A stretch of 64,000 nucleotides of DNA from assembly GCA_045538335.1 (NCBI GenBank), contig JAZSRF010000045.1, forward strand, positions 5,708 to 69,707, given 5' to 3'. A program made the translations under genes and the position numbers. The notes below the pieces were generated by a model that made no database searches, was not told the origin of the DNA, and was given only the letters and a program-made list of their open reading frames with translations. Below are positions 1 through 10,031 of this stretch, one piece after another (the first letter of the stretch is position 1; the number at the start of each line of letters is the position of its first letter). The DNA comes from Clostridia bacterium (GTDB lineage: Bacteria; Bacillota; Clostridia; TANB77; CAG-465).

Positions 1-1512
1 TTATACAAACATTCTGAACTTCAAACAACCCAATCTATGATACTACTTGCACTTGTAAATGGCGAACCTAAGATTCTTACACTAAAAGAAATTCTTTACC
101 ATTATATTGAACATAGAAAAGATATAATTGTAAGAAGAACTAAATACGATTTAAAGAAAGCTGAAGCTAGACTTCATATTTTAGAAGGGTTAAGAATTGC
201 AATAGATAATATTGACGAAATTATTAAGATAATTAAATCTGCCAAAGATGACAACTCGGCAAAATTAACATTAATGGAAAGATTTGGTCTTTCTGAAATT
301 CAAGCACAAGCAATTCTAGATATGAGACTTAGAACTTTAACAGGTCTATCTCGCGATAAAATTGAAGCAGAATACAATGCTTTACTTGAAACTATAAAAC
401 ACTTAAAAGCAATATTAGAAAGCGAAGCTTTAGTTCTAAATATAATAAAAGAAGAATTAACAGAAATCAAAAACACTTATGGTGATGAAAGAAGAACAAA
501 AGTAGTTCACGGTGAAAGTGATATTGAAATAGAAAGCTTAATCAAACAAGAAGACAACGTTGTTACAATAACTCACTTTGGTTACGTTAAGAGGATTTCT
601 GTAGATGCATACAAATCTCAAAGACGTGGTGGTAAAGGTGTTACTGGTATGGCAACAAGAGAAGACGACTTTGTTGAGCATCTATTCGTATCTTCTACAC
701 ACGATTACATTCTATTCTTTACAACTACTGGTAGAGTATTTAAGTTAAAAGCTTATGATCTTCCAGAAGCATCAAGAGTAGCTAAAGGTATGGCAATAGT
801 AAACCTACTTCAACTTGCACAAGGTGAAAAGATTGCTGCCGTTATACCTGTTAAGAACTTTGAAGATAAACTAAATGTTCTTATGGCTACAAAGAATGGT
901 CTTGTTAAAAAGACTCCTCTTTCTGAATATTCAAACATTAGAAAGACTGGTATCCTAGCAGTAACATTAAAAGATGATGATGAAATCATTGATGTTAGAA
1001 TTACAGACGGAAACAGTGATATAATCCTTGTAACAAATTCTGGTCTATCTATTAGATTCAAGGAAGAAGAAGCAAGACCTGTAGGAAGAACTTCAATGGG
1101 GGTTAAAGGTATAACTCTTGGAAAAGGCGATTATGTTGTTGGTATGGAACCAATTACAACAGAAAAAGATAACTACATTTTAGCTATAACAGAAAACGGA
1201 TTTGGCAAGAGAACAGAAGTTGAAGAATACCGTGCACAGTCTAGAGCAGGTAAAGGAATTTTAACATACAAAACTACTGAGAAAACCGGACATATTATAG
1301 GCGTTAAAGTTGTTACAGATGACGATGATGTTATGATAGTTACTGCAACAGGCATAATTATTAGAATTAACGTAAGCGATATATCTGTACTTGGCAGAAA
1401 TACTCAAGGGGTAACTTTAATGAGAACTTCAGAAGGCGGTAGAGTTGTAAATGTTGCAAAACTTGTTCACGAAGAAAGCGATGACCAATTGAGTATTGAA
1501 GAGAATAAGTAG
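1..1512 (+). CDS. gyrA: DNA gyrase subunit A, C-terminal part (5' end of gene lies upstream of window)
   Basis: Frame 1 is open from nt 1. The translation carries the GyrA C-terminal beta-pinwheel repeats and ends in an acidic tail (EESDDQLSIEENK). Confidence 0.9.
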   Translation, partial: LYKHSELQTTQSMILLALVNGEPKILTLKEILYHYIEHRKDIIVRRTKYDLKKAEARLHILEGLRIAIDNIDEIIKIIKSAKDDNSAKLTLMERFGLSEIQAQAILDMRLRTLTGLSRDKIEAEYNALLETIKHLKAILESEALVLNIIKEELTEIKNTYGDERRTKVVHGESDIEIESLIKQEDNVVTITHFGYVKRISVDAYKSQRRGGKGVTGMATREDDFVEHLFVSSTHDYILFFTTTGRVFKLKAYDLPEASRVAKGMAIVNLLQLAQGEKIAAVIPVKNFEDKLNVLMATKNGLVKKTPLSEYSNIRKTGILAVTLKDDDEIIDVRITDGNSDIILVTNSGLSIRFKEEEARPVGRTSMGVKGITLGKGDYVVGMEPITTEKDNYILAITENGFGKRTEVEEYRAQSRAGKGILTYKTTEKTGHIIGVKVVTDDDDVMIVTATGIIIRINVSDISVLGRNTQGVTLMRTSEGGRVVNVAKLVHEESDDQLSIEENK

Positions 1513-1550
1513 TTGATAAAACAAATTTCAAAATACAAATACAAACATAA

Positions 1551-1588
1551 CAGGTGGTTCATTGGAACCACCTGTTAATTATTTATTT
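1551..1588. terminator. Rho-independent terminator hairpin (CAGGTGGTTC-ATTG-GAACCACCTG) with T-rich tail
   Basis: Perfect 10-bp inverted repeat directly after the gyrA stop. It lies between the convergent gyrA (+) and the 217-aa gene (-). Confidence 0.6.
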
Positions 1589-1595
1589 ACTTTTC

Positions 1596-2249
1596 TTACT
1601 CATTCAAATACTTGACGTAGCATTTGAGAATTTCACCGGGAATAGGACTTTCATTACAGAAATTCCATTTCTTTTTAGCAACGTCATAATAAACATTTGC
1701 TTGAAAGAGAGGAATATACGCTTCTACGCCTTCTTCTGCGGTACATTTAACAACATACTGCTTGCCTCTGTATTCTTTCAAAACAACGGCAGTAAACGGT
1801 ACGCTGCCTTTAGTAAGCACACTGTTCCTCGCCACATTAAAAGTAAACACCTTTGCCTTAAGCGTTTTTAAACCAATATCTTCTAACACTCCATAGAATG
1901 TATAATCAAAAATGCTCTCCGCACTATCAACAGTCTCTTTTTCTTGAAGCAGCTCGTACATTTTAAGAAACGCTTCGGCCACATCATTATTTTCCGAAGG
2001 ATGCCACTCATCATCTTCTAAATACATGGTGGGTTCATACAACGTCACATATTCTCTATGTCCATCTGTGTATTGCAACTCTAAAACGTCTTGTTTGCTG
2101 CCATATTGTTTCAGAAGTTCTACCTCAAATCTGTATTCTCTCGGAGCCTTTTCAAGCACTCCTTCTGGCCGATCTGCCAAAGTTACTTTTGCATTACCAG
2201 CTAACCGCGGGAAATAGGCACCATACAACTTCAAATCATAAATAGTCAT
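1596..2249 (-). CDS. hypothetical protein with an internal tandem duplication of a ~90-aa domain (paralog of 4033..4359)
   Basis: The N-terminal domain (MTIYDLKLYGAYF...LLKQYGSKQDVLELQYTDGHREYVTLYEP) is repeated in the C-terminal half (IFDYTFYGV...VVLKEYRGKQYVVKCTAEEGVEAYIPLF). GC is clearly above the genome background. Confidence 0.5.
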   Translation of the reverse strand: MTIYDLKLYGAYFPRLAGNAKVTLADRPEGVLEKAPREYRFEVELLKQYGSKQDVLELQYTDGHREYVTLYEPTMYLEDDEWHPSENNDVAEAFLKMYELLQEKETVDSAESIFDYTFYGVLEDIGLKTLKAKVFTFNVARNSVLTKGSVPFTAVVLKEYRGKQYVVKCTAEEGVEAYIPLFQANVYYDVAKKKWNFCNESPIPGEILKCYVKYLNE

Positions 2250-2330
2250 TATAATTCCCCCTAGTTTTATTTTAGGTTTTAATTATATCACATGTATTGT
2301 AGTTTTTCAATATTATAAAATACTTATTCG

Positions 2331-2359
2331 TTGATTTGTTAACATAAATATGGTATAAT
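2331..2359 (+). promoter_or_regulatory. sigmaA-type promoter (TTGATT - 17 nt - TATAAT) for the 526-aa membrane protein gene
   Basis: -35/-10 hexamers with 17-nt spacing, followed by RBS AGGAGG at 2399 and ATG at 2411. Confidence 0.4.
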
Positions 2360-2410
2360 GTTATTGTAGTTTTAGCAAAGTTCCAAAAATAATTTTTTAG
2401 GAGGATATAT

Positions 2411-3991
2411 ATGAACGGTTTAAAAACTACTATTTTGCTCATCGTCGCTATTGTTTTAGATGCCTTTATGTGGTATCTCTGGCAACCGCCTATGAACTTC
2501 TCGTCGCCTAGTTTCTGGTGGTTCGTAATCGTGTCTGTAGGGATTATCGCTTGCGCTTTGTTTATAGCCGGTTGGGAAGATGATGTTTTATTACCCGCAG
2601 GAATTGCCGGTGCCATTGTTGCCATTGCTTTTATTATTTGGCTTATCGGAGCGTGCTTCAGCGGCGGGCTTTTCAATGCCAAATTAATGTCCAATCTTCT
2701 GGATGTGGAGACCACCTCCTTTGAAGCAGAGTTTGAAAACGTTAACTGGAATACTGTTCCGCAAATCGACCACGCAAGCTCCGCCATTTTGGGTGCTAGA
2801 AAAATGGGTACTCTTGTAGAGGAAGTCTCCCAGTACAATGTAGCGGAAAATTACACATTGATTAATCAAAACGGTAAACCTACCCGTGTTGCTCCCTTGG
2901 TTTATGCGAGCGTATTCAAATACTTTAACAATAAATACCAAGGAATCCCCGGTTACATTACCGTAAACTGTGTGGAAAAGACTGCAGAGTTTGTTCGGTT
3001 GGAAAAAGGTATTCAGTATTCGCCTTCTGCTTGCTTTAGCAAAGACCTCAATCGTCATCTGAGAAGCCAGTTTCCAGGTATGCTCTTCGATGAATTTTCA
3101 TTCGAAATTGATGACGAAGGAGTACCTTACTGGGTTGTTCCCACTTATACTTATTCTTGTGGTATTGGTGGTGGCAAGACTCCTAACGGCTGTATTGTTT
3201 GCGACCCCATTACTGGTTCGGCAGATTTCTACGCTATGGATAAAATTCCCGAATGGATCGACCACGCTGTAGATGATGACACTGTCGTAAACCTTATCAA
3301 ATGGTGGGGCAAATACCAAGATGGTTGGTGGAACAGTTGGGTTAGCCAAAGAAACGTAAAACAGGCTACTGAAGGTAACAATTTTGTAACCATCGGCAAC
3401 GATGTATACCTGTACACTGGTATTACCTCCGTTGCTATGGACGAATCCAACATTGGCTTTATTTTGGTAAACCAGCGAACTGCAGAAGCAAGATACTTTG
3501 AAATGCCTTCTGCCGAAGAATACTCTGCTATGGATTCTGCAAAAGGCCAGGTACAGCATCTGAACTACACTTCTACCTTCCCTATTCTTATCAACCTTAA
3601 CGGAGAGGCTGTTTACTATCTGTCTTTGAAAGATGCTGCGGGATTAGTTAAAATGTATGCTCTCGTATCTGTAGAGGATATTCAGAAGCTTGCCGTAACA
3701 GATTCTACTTTAGGTATTGAATACCTGGTAGAGCAGTATAATAAATCTTCTAGCTCTATCCAAATTTCTGGCGGCGAGACCAAAACTATCACCTTTGATA
3801 TCGCAAACATTTATACTTGTGTAATCGAAGGTAACACACAATACTACTTTGAAGACGCAAACGGTAATGTTTATATGACAGATATTACCAAGAGTGTCAA
3901 ACTTCCTGTATATTCTGTAGGAGATAAAGTTACTATTACCTATTCTTCCACGAATGTAGAAAACTACTTCAGTATTGTAAACATTGAGTAA
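2411..3991 (+). CDS. hypothetical polytopic membrane protein (3 N-terminal TM helices + large Cys-containing extracytoplasmic domain)
   Basis: Hydrophobic N-terminal segments (ILLIVAIVLDAFMWYLW, FWWFVIVSVGIIACALFIAGW, IAGAIVAIAFIIWLIGACF). GC is ~45-50% against a ~28-30% background. Strong RBS. Confidence 0.55.
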   Translation: MNGLKTTILLIVAIVLDAFMWYLWQPPMNFSSPSFWWFVIVSVGIIACALFIAGWEDDVLLPAGIAGAIVAIAFIIWLIGACFSGGLFNAKLMSNLLDVETTSFEAEFENVNWNTVPQIDHASSAILGARKMGTLVEEVSQYNVAENYTLINQNGKPTRVAPLVYASVFKYFNNKYQGIPGYITVNCVEKTAEFVRLEKGIQYSPSACFSKDLNRHLRSQFPGMLFDEFSFEIDDEGVPYWVVPTYTYSCGIGGGKTPNGCIVCDPITGSADFYAMDKIPEWIDHAVDDDTVVNLIKWWGKYQDGWWNSWVSQRNVKQATEGNNFVTIGNDVYLYTGITSVAMDESNIGFILVNQRTAEARYFEMPSAEEYSAMDSAKGQVQHLNYTSTFPILINLNGEAVYYLSLKDAAGLVKMYALVSVEDIQKLAVTDSTLGIEYLVEQYNKSSSSIQISGGETKTITFDIANIYTCVIEGNTQYYFEDANGNVYMTDITKSVKLPVYSVGDKVTITYSSTNVENYFSIVNIE

Positions 3992-4032
3992 TCCTACAAA
4001 AGAGGAGATTCATTTGAATCTCCTCTTCCTTT

Positions 4033-4359
4033 TTATTTCTTTGAAACGCTTTCAAAATACGCCTTCATAAATGCTTCCGGTGTAGATTTATTCTTCGATT
4101 CCCTCCACATATTGTCTCCCATATCCCAGAACAAATACGGATATTTTAAGGTCTCATATGCTTCTTCGCCATTCTCAAAAACGAGTTTTAATACGTCCTG
4201 TTTGCCTCGGTATTCCTTAAGAAGAGTTATCTCAAAGAACGAGTTGTTAAAACCAGGAATACAGTGTCTGTCCTCCCTTCTTGCAAATATACTAACACCC
4301 GAAAAATCAAACTTGTACCGAAAGTACACGCCGTAAAACTTTACATCATAAATACTCAT
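4033..4359 (-). CDS. hypothetical single-domain protein, paralog of the N-terminal domain of 1596..2249
   Basis: MSIYDVKFYGVYF...LLKEYRGKQDVLKLVFENGEEAYETLKYP aligns with both repeats of the 217-aa protein. Confidence 0.5.
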   Translation of the reverse strand: MSIYDVKFYGVYFRYKFDFSGVSIFARREDRHCIPGFNNSFFEITLLKEYRGKQDVLKLVFENGEEAYETLKYPYLFWDMGDNMWRESKNKSTPEAFMKAYFESVSKK

Positions 4360-4423
4360 TATGATTCCTCCTATTATTTTATTTTACAGTCGCATTATAT
4401 CACAAAAATATGGATTAGACAAG

Positions 4424-5197
4424 CTAGTCTAACCCATAAAATTCTATTGCATTTTTATATAAAATATTCGCCACTTCATTCTTATCCATCTCTTTTATTT
4501 CAGCAATTTTTTCTATAACATATGCTATATTTAACGACTCATTTCTTTCTCCTCTATGTGGTACAGGAGCAAGATAAGGCGCATCTGTTTCTGTCATAAT
4601 ATTTTCTATTGGCATTTCTTTTATAACTCTTATTGCTGTAGCTGTCCTTTTATATGTTATATTTCCTCCAACAGATATTCTGTATCCCTTTTCTATTATA
4701 TATCTTGCTGTTTGCTCATTTAAGTCAAAACAATGAAACATTATCTTTTCCGGCTTTTTGTCAGTGCTTTCTAGAACTTCTACTGTATCTATACTTGCAT
4801 CTCTTGAATGTATTTGAACAGGAAGGCCTACATCATAAGCAAATTCCAATTGGTCTTTAAAAAGTTTTTTCTGCTCCTCTTTAAACTCTTTTGTATAGTG
4901 ATAGTCCAGTCCAATTTCTCCAATTGCAACAATTTTGTCCTTAGAGTTTTCCCCATATAGCCTTCTTAAATCGTCTGCGTTTTCCCCATATTCCACATGT
5001 TCTGGGTGAATCCCTATTGTGCAATATACATTTGTATGATTATTTGCAATAGCCAATGCTCCCGTAGAAGATTCTATTCCAGCACCAGCATTTATTATAT
5101 AATCTACACCATTTGCGAATTGTCTATCTAACGTTTGTTCTCTATCCTCGTTATATCTTTCATCTTCATAATGCGCGTGTACATCAATTATTTTCAT
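4424..5197 (-). CDS. tatD: TatD-family metal-dependent DNase/hydrolase
   Basis: MKIIDVHAHY... N-terminus and conserved His/Asp/Glu pattern of TatD; 257 aa. Confidence 0.85.
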   Translation of the reverse strand: MKIIDVHAHYEDERYNEDREQTLDRQFANGVDYIINAGAGIESSTGALAIANNHTNVYCTIGIHPEHVEYGENADDLRRLYGENSKDKIVAIGEIGLDYHYTKEFKEEQKKLFKDQLEFAYDVGLPVQIHSRDASIDTVEVLESTDKKPEKIMFHCFDLNEQTARYIIEKGYRISVGGNITYKRTATAIRVIKEMPIENIMTETDAPYLAPVPHRGERNESLNIAYVIEKIAEIKEMDKNEVANILYKNAIEFYGLD

Positions 5198-5215
5198 ATT
5201 AATTTTTGTCTACTC

Positions 5216-6601
5216 CTATTTCATTATTGGAATTGTAACTATTACCTCTGTTCCAATTCCAACTTCACTCTTCATTTCAATAGTTCCATCGTGAGCTTCT
5301 ACTATTTCTTTAACTATAGAAAGTCCTAGACCTGTTCCACCCATTTGTCTTGAACGAGCTTTATCTACTCTATAGAACCTTTCAAATATACGTTTTAAGT
5401 CTTTTTCAGGTATTCCCATACCATTATCTACAAACTTAAGGTAAGCTTTACCACCAGCTGCTCCAATATATACAGTTATTTCTCCGCCTTCAGGTGTATA
5501 CTTTATGCTATTGCTAAGAATGTTTATCATAACCTGTTGTATGCCGTCTTTATCCACAAATACAGGCCCCGGTATCATATTAACAACACATTTTAAATTG
5601 TGCTTTTTCTCCTGTGCTACATACTGCATATTTTCTACAACTTGTTTTGCCAAATCATCAATGTTAAGTTTAATCTTATTCCATACATTTTTCTTATAAT
5701 CAAAACGAGAAAGTTGTAAAAGGTCTGCTACTATTCTATCCATTCTATTTGCTTCATCGTTTATTACTTGAGCAAATTTAGCTATTTCTTCTTTTTCTAG
5801 TTCCCTATCTAATATTGTTTCAGAATATCCTTTAATTGAGCAAAGCGGTGTTTTTAATTCGTGAGAAACGTTAGCAACAAATTCTTTTCTCATATTATCT
5901 AGTTTTTCACTTTCTGTTATGTTTTTTATAAACACAATAACACCCATTGGCATTAATCTTTCGTTTTGGAAAGGGACTAGCACAACATCAAGAACGTTAT
6001 CATTTACAGTTGTTTTTTCTTCTACATTTTTGTAGTTTGTCATATAAAGAACTTTATCAAAATCCACTTTTAGCTTAAGTTTTTTCATAACTTTTTCATA
6101 TGTGTTATCTTCTGAGCTAAGGTTTGCAAAAGTCTTAGCTGCAGAGTTTATTTGTATTATTTGTCTTTGCATTGAGAAAGCTATAACTCCATCTGGCATT
6201 CTTTCTATTATCTTTCCTGTTTTGCTGTCTTGGCTTGTAACTTCAAAGTTGTTTTTAGAAATACTTTGCATTATTTCGCTATATATATCAATTACGCTAT
6301 TTAGTTCTTTAAGCTCTGTACAACCGTTTAGCATACGAGAATCTACAGTTTTTCCATCTTTTATGTTTTTCATAGATTTTTCTATACGTCTAAGCGGTAA
6401 TAATATCTTATTATTGTATATGGCAGCAAATATTAATGCACATAAAAGTAGCACACCAATTGATATTACAATCGGTGCGTCAAATACAAATCCAAATTCC
6501 TTTGTAATAGAATAATTTATAACAATATTCATTACTACAAATGTAACTATTACAAACCCTAACACTAATACCTTTGTACTAGTTTTTATAGATTTAAACA
6601 T
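5216..6601 (-). CDS. sensor histidine kinase (WalK/VicK-like; TM + PAS + HisKA + HATPase_c)
   Basis: H-box HELKTPL, followed by N/G1/G2 ATP-lid motifs (GTGLGLSIVKEIVEAH) and an N-terminal TM segment. Overlaps its response regulator by 8 nt. Confidence 0.8.
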   Translation of the reverse strand: MFKSIKTSTKVLVLGFVIVTFVVMNIVINYSITKEFGFVFDAPIVISIGVLLLCALIFAAIYNNKILLPLRRIEKSMKNIKDGKTVDSRMLNGCTELKELNSVIDIYSEIMQSISKNNFEVTSQDSKTGKIIERMPDGVIAFSMQRQIIQINSAAKTFANLSSEDNTYEKVMKKLKLKVDFDKVLYMTNYKNVEEKTTVNDNVLDVVLVPFQNERLMPMGVIVFIKNITESEKLDNMRKEFVANVSHELKTPLCSIKGYSETILDRELEKEEIAKFAQVINDEANRMDRIVADLLQLSRFDYKKNVWNKIKLNIDDLAKQVVENMQYVAQEKKHNLKCVVNMIPGPVFVDKDGIQQVMINILSNSIKYTPEGGEITVYIGAAGGKAYLKFVDNGMGIPEKDLKRIFERFYRVDKARSRQMGGTGLGLSIVKEIVEAHDGTIEMKSEVGIGTEVIVTIPIMK

Positions 6602-7283
6602 AATATCCTATTCCTCTTTTTGTTATTATATATTTTGGTTCAGAAGTATTATCTTCTATTTTTTCTCTTATTCTTCTTATAGTAACGTCAACGCTTCTAA
6701 CATCACCATAATAATCATAACCCCATACGTTTTTAAGTATTTGTTCACGAGTAAATACTTGTCCAGAATGAGTTGCAAGTAGTTTTATAACTTCGAATTC
6801 TTTCATTGTTAAATCTATTATTTTTCCTTTTTTAACAACTACATATTTTTCTACATCTAAAACTAAGTCTTTTATCTTTAATTCATCTGCTTCGCTCTCT
6901 TTTTGAGTCTCTTCAGGTAACACGTGTTTTCTTAAGTTTGCTTTTACACGTGCTGTAAGTTCTCTTACGCTGAATGGTTTTGTCATATAGTCATCAGCGC
7001 CAAGTTCAAGACCAATTATTTTATCTACAACTTCCTCTTTAGCTGTAAGCATTATTATTGGGCAAGTAAGTTTTTGTCTTATCTTTTTACATACAGTAAA
7101 TCCGTCCATTTTAGGAAGCATTACATCTAAGATTATTAAATCTGGTTTTGCAGTTAGTGCCATTTCTACTGCTTGTTCTCCATCATATGCTTCGATTGTT
7201 TTATAGCCATCTTTTTCAAGGTTAAACTTTAACACATCTACTATTGGCTTTTCATCATCAACTATCAATATCTTCTTTTCCAT
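6594..7283 (-). CDS. walR: OmpR-family response regulator, WalR/YycF-like
   Basis: Receiver domain (ILIVDDEKPIVD..., LDVMLPKMDG) + winged-helix. Near-colinear with Bacillus WalR over its whole length. Confidence 0.8.
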   Translation of the reverse strand: MEKKILIVDDEKPIVDVLKFNLEKDGYKTIEAYDGEQAVEMALTAKPDLIILDVMLPKMDGFTVCKKIRQKLTCPIIMLTAKEEVVDKIIGLELGADDYMTKPFSVRELTARVKANLRKHVLPEETQKESEADELKIKDLVLDVEKYVVVKKGKIIDLTMKEFEVIKLLATHSGQVFTREQILKNVWGYDYYGDVRSVDVTIRRIREKIEDNTSEPKYIITKRGIGYYV

Positions 7284-7500
7284 ATCGACACCTCTTTACG
7301 AGATTATTTTATCACAAAAATATCTTTTGACAAGTCTTTTTGTTAAATTTGTGACATTTTACTGTCATTTATTTTCAATCATATTACAATTATGTTATGA
7401 CATTGTGTGAATTGTAATTTAAGGCTTAATATGCTATAATATTTCTAGCAAAAACACGTATAGATAGTTCTAATTAGATTACTATTAGGGAGAGGTTTTT

Positions 7501-7929
7501 ATGAACGATAAAAAGTTTATTGTAAAACAAGGCGAAGATGAATTTGCAATTGGTTACTTTGGCGCCGACCTATATTGGGTAATGAAAAATTATCACGAGG
7601 GCAATAAATTTATAATTACCAAAAAATACGGTACCTTATACGAGGGCTTACAAACCATATTTAGATTCATGAAAATGCGCCAAGCACCCGAATTTAAGGC
7701 TAACGTCTTTAATTGGCTTAGCGAAGCAAGACTACCTGAAGAATCTAACCATATGACAATTACCAAGCAAAAAAACAAATTTGTTGTTGAATTCTTTCAA
7801 AACCCCAATGATTACATTTCTATAAGAAGTAAAACCTGTGCTATTTGTTTTTGCTTAAGTGGGAGTAAAAATCCAAGTATTGCAAACATGTTCAGCGCTC
7901 TGACGCACAAATTATTAGCGGGAGATTAA
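7501..7929 (+). CDS. hypothetical protein
   Basis: 142-aa ORF with RBS GGGAGAGG upstream; no recognisable motif. Confidence 0.4.
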   Translation: MNDKKFIVKQGEDEFAIGYFGADLYWVMKNYHEGNKFIITKKYGTLYEGLQTIFRFMKMRQAPEFKANVFNWLSEARLPEESNHMTITKQKNKFVVEFFQNPNDYISIRSKTCAICFCLSGSKNPSIANMFSALTHKLLAGD

Positions 7930-7998
7930 TTTCTCCCGCTAATTATTTTAATAGTTTTGCAGCGAACACTCTACTTAACTCATTATTATTTAGCTTTA

Positions 7999-8631
7999 CT
8001 ACCATTCCGACCATTCTGGCCATCCTTGTACATCTTTAACAGAATCTTTTTTTGGCTGTTCTTTGTTTTCAACAATCTGATTATTCATACTTTCTTGATC
8101 ATCATATACTTTCGTCGACAAATCACTTGCTAAAGTTGCTTGCTTCTCTTTTTTTATATCAAACTTTTTTTCAAGCTTCTGTTCTGCGCATAATGGTAAC
8201 TGTATACTTTTTAACTTTGCATGTTTTATAGTGTCGCACATTAACTCAAAAACCGCTTCTCTATTTTCTAACAGTGTGTCAACAATTAAGCATGTTATTC
8301 CTCTATCAGAATACACTTCCGGGTAAGCATCATTTAAGTCAAAGTTATCATACATTGTTATTTCACAATTATATTTACTATCTATTAATTTTTTCGCTAT
8401 AGCCATAGCCATTTTCCTAGAATATTCATCATTTAAATTATATGAAATATATGGCGTACCAGTGTCTCCAGCACAACAAGCATGTGAGAGAAACCCTTTA
8501 TTATATCCTTGGTTTAATAATCTCTCTAGTTGTTTCGAACCTTCTGCCCATTCATGAAATGCTTTTTTACGTTCCTTCGCTGTTAATGTTTTTATGTCTA
8601 TAGGTTTTCCTGTATTGTACTTACTTTGCAA
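7999..8631 (-). CDS. hypothetical protein
   Basis: 210-aa ORF with RBS GGGGGAA upstream; no recognisable motif. Confidence 0.4.
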   Translation of the reverse strand: MQSKYNTGKPIDIKTLTAKERKKAFHEWAEGSKQLERLLNQGYNKGFLSHACCAGDTGTPYISYNLNDEYSRKMAMAIAKKLIDSKYNCEITMYDNFDLNDAYPEVYSDRGITCLIVDTLLENREAVFELMCDTIKHAKLKSIQLPLCAEQKLEKKFDIKKEKQATLASDLSTKVYDDQESMNNQIVENKEQPKKDSVKDVQGWPEWSEW

Positions 8632-8655
8632 AGTAATTCCCCCTTGTTATCCAGA

Positions 8656-10020
8656 TCAGTTATTTGTATACTTGATTACATATTCTTTAAATTTATCTCC
8701 ACGTTCTTCAAAGTTTTTAAACACTCCATAGCTTGCTGCTGCAGGAGACATTAAACATATTGTTCCTTTTTTAGTGATTTGAGTTGCAAGCTCTACTGCT
8801 TTTTCTAAATCTTCAGCTAGAACATAATTAGAATTTGTTCCTGTTTTCTTTAATTCCTCATAGATTTTCTTACCGCTATCATACATTAAGATAACATTTT
8901 CTACTTTACCTTGTGATAGGAATTCTATCAAAGATGAATAATGTATTCCTCTATCCATTCCTCCAACTATTACTGTATTTATATTTGGAATACTTTCTAC
9001 AGCAGAAATAACTGCTTCTGGAATAGTAGCAATAGAATCGTCTATATATGTTACTCCATCATACACACCAATATTTTCTAATCTATGTGCAAGCGGTTTA
9101 AATTCCATAATTGCTTTTGATATTTTTTCATCTTCTACGTCTAAAAGTTTGGCAACCGTTGTTGCAACCGCAATGTTATAACAGTTATGTGCACCGCGTA
9201 TATTTTCGTTTTTAGGCTCTCTCACGGTTATAATATCTCCGTGAATGTTAATACGAACTTGCTCTTCCGAATAACAGCAAGACTCTTGTTCTTCTGTTTC
9301 TTCTTTGCCAACACCAATATGATGTTGCTTTAATAGTCTATCGCCATTTAACACTTCTTTTTCAGCCTCATTAAATATGTAATAATCATTTTCGTCTTGG
9401 TATTTGTATATATTTCTTTTTGCCTCTTTATACTCTTCATAACCCTTGTAATGGTCTAAGTGGTCTTCATACATATTAAGAAGTACTGCAATATGAGGGC
9501 TACAGTCTACAAACTCCAATTGATGTGACGAAAGCTCATACACATAATAATCTGTTGTGTTATATGTTTCCATTTCTTCAAAAGCCGGAAGGCCAATGTT
9601 CCCAACAAGAAGCGTGTTGTATTTTTCTTTAAGCATTGAATATATTAATGAAGATGTTGTACTCTTACCTTTTGTTCCAGTAATTCCAATTATTTTATCT
9701 TTGCCATACTTTAAAAAAAGTTCCGTTTGAGATGTCACTTTATCTCTTAAACCTGTTAAATCTACATCTTTAAAAGACTGTCCTGGTGTTTTCATTATAA
9801 CATCATAGTCTTTCATTGCTTCTAAATAATTAGCCCCAGTATGAAGAGTTACATCTGAATTTAAAATTTCTTCGTCTGTTATCTCTTTAATATCTGCAAT
9901 ACCTACTTTACAGTCGATATTATTATTTTTTATAAATCTATATGTACTTCTTCCTTCACGGCCAAAGCCTAGGATAAGCACACTTTTACCTGTCAACTCT
10001 TGTATTATTTTTTCTTTCAC
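8656..10020 (-). CDS. murD: UDP-N-acetylmuramoyl-L-alanine--glutamate ligase (MurD; possibly L-Glu-adding MurD2 type)
   Basis: N-terminal Rossmann ILGFGREG, Mur-ligase P-loop GITGTKGKST, and an internal insertion (GVGKEETEEQESCCYSEEQVRINIHG). Confidence 0.8.
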   Translation of the reverse strand: MKEKIIQELTGKSVLILGFGREGRSTYRFIKNNNIDCKVGIADIKEITDEEILNSDVTLHTGANYLEAMKDYDVIMKTPGQSFKDVDLTGLRDKVTSQTELFLKYGKDKIIGITGTKGKSTTSSLIYSMLKEKYNTLLVGNIGLPAFEEMETYNTTDYYVYELSSHQLEFVDCSPHIAVLLNMYEDHLDHYKGYEEYKEAKRNIYKYQDENDYYIFNEAEKEVLNGDRLLKQHHIGVGKEETEEQESCCYSEEQVRINIHGDIITVREPKNENIRGAHNCYNIAVATTVAKLLDVEDEKISKAIMEFKPLAHRLENIGVYDGVTYIDDSIATIPEAVISAVESIPNINTVIVGGMDRGIHYSSLIEFLSQGKVENVILMYDSGKKIYEELKKTGTNSNYVLAEDLEKAVELATQITKKGTICLMSPAAASYGVFKNFEERGDKFKEYVIKYTNN

Positions 10021-10031
10021 AAAAGTTCCTC

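Noticed and set aside
1554-1871. ORF 1554..1871 (+) and 2026..2217 (+), 2272..2838 (-), 2684..3058 (-), 3098..3559 (-)
   Set aside because: They overlap better-supported genes on the opposite strand in the GC-rich island. The high GC inflates random ORF length.
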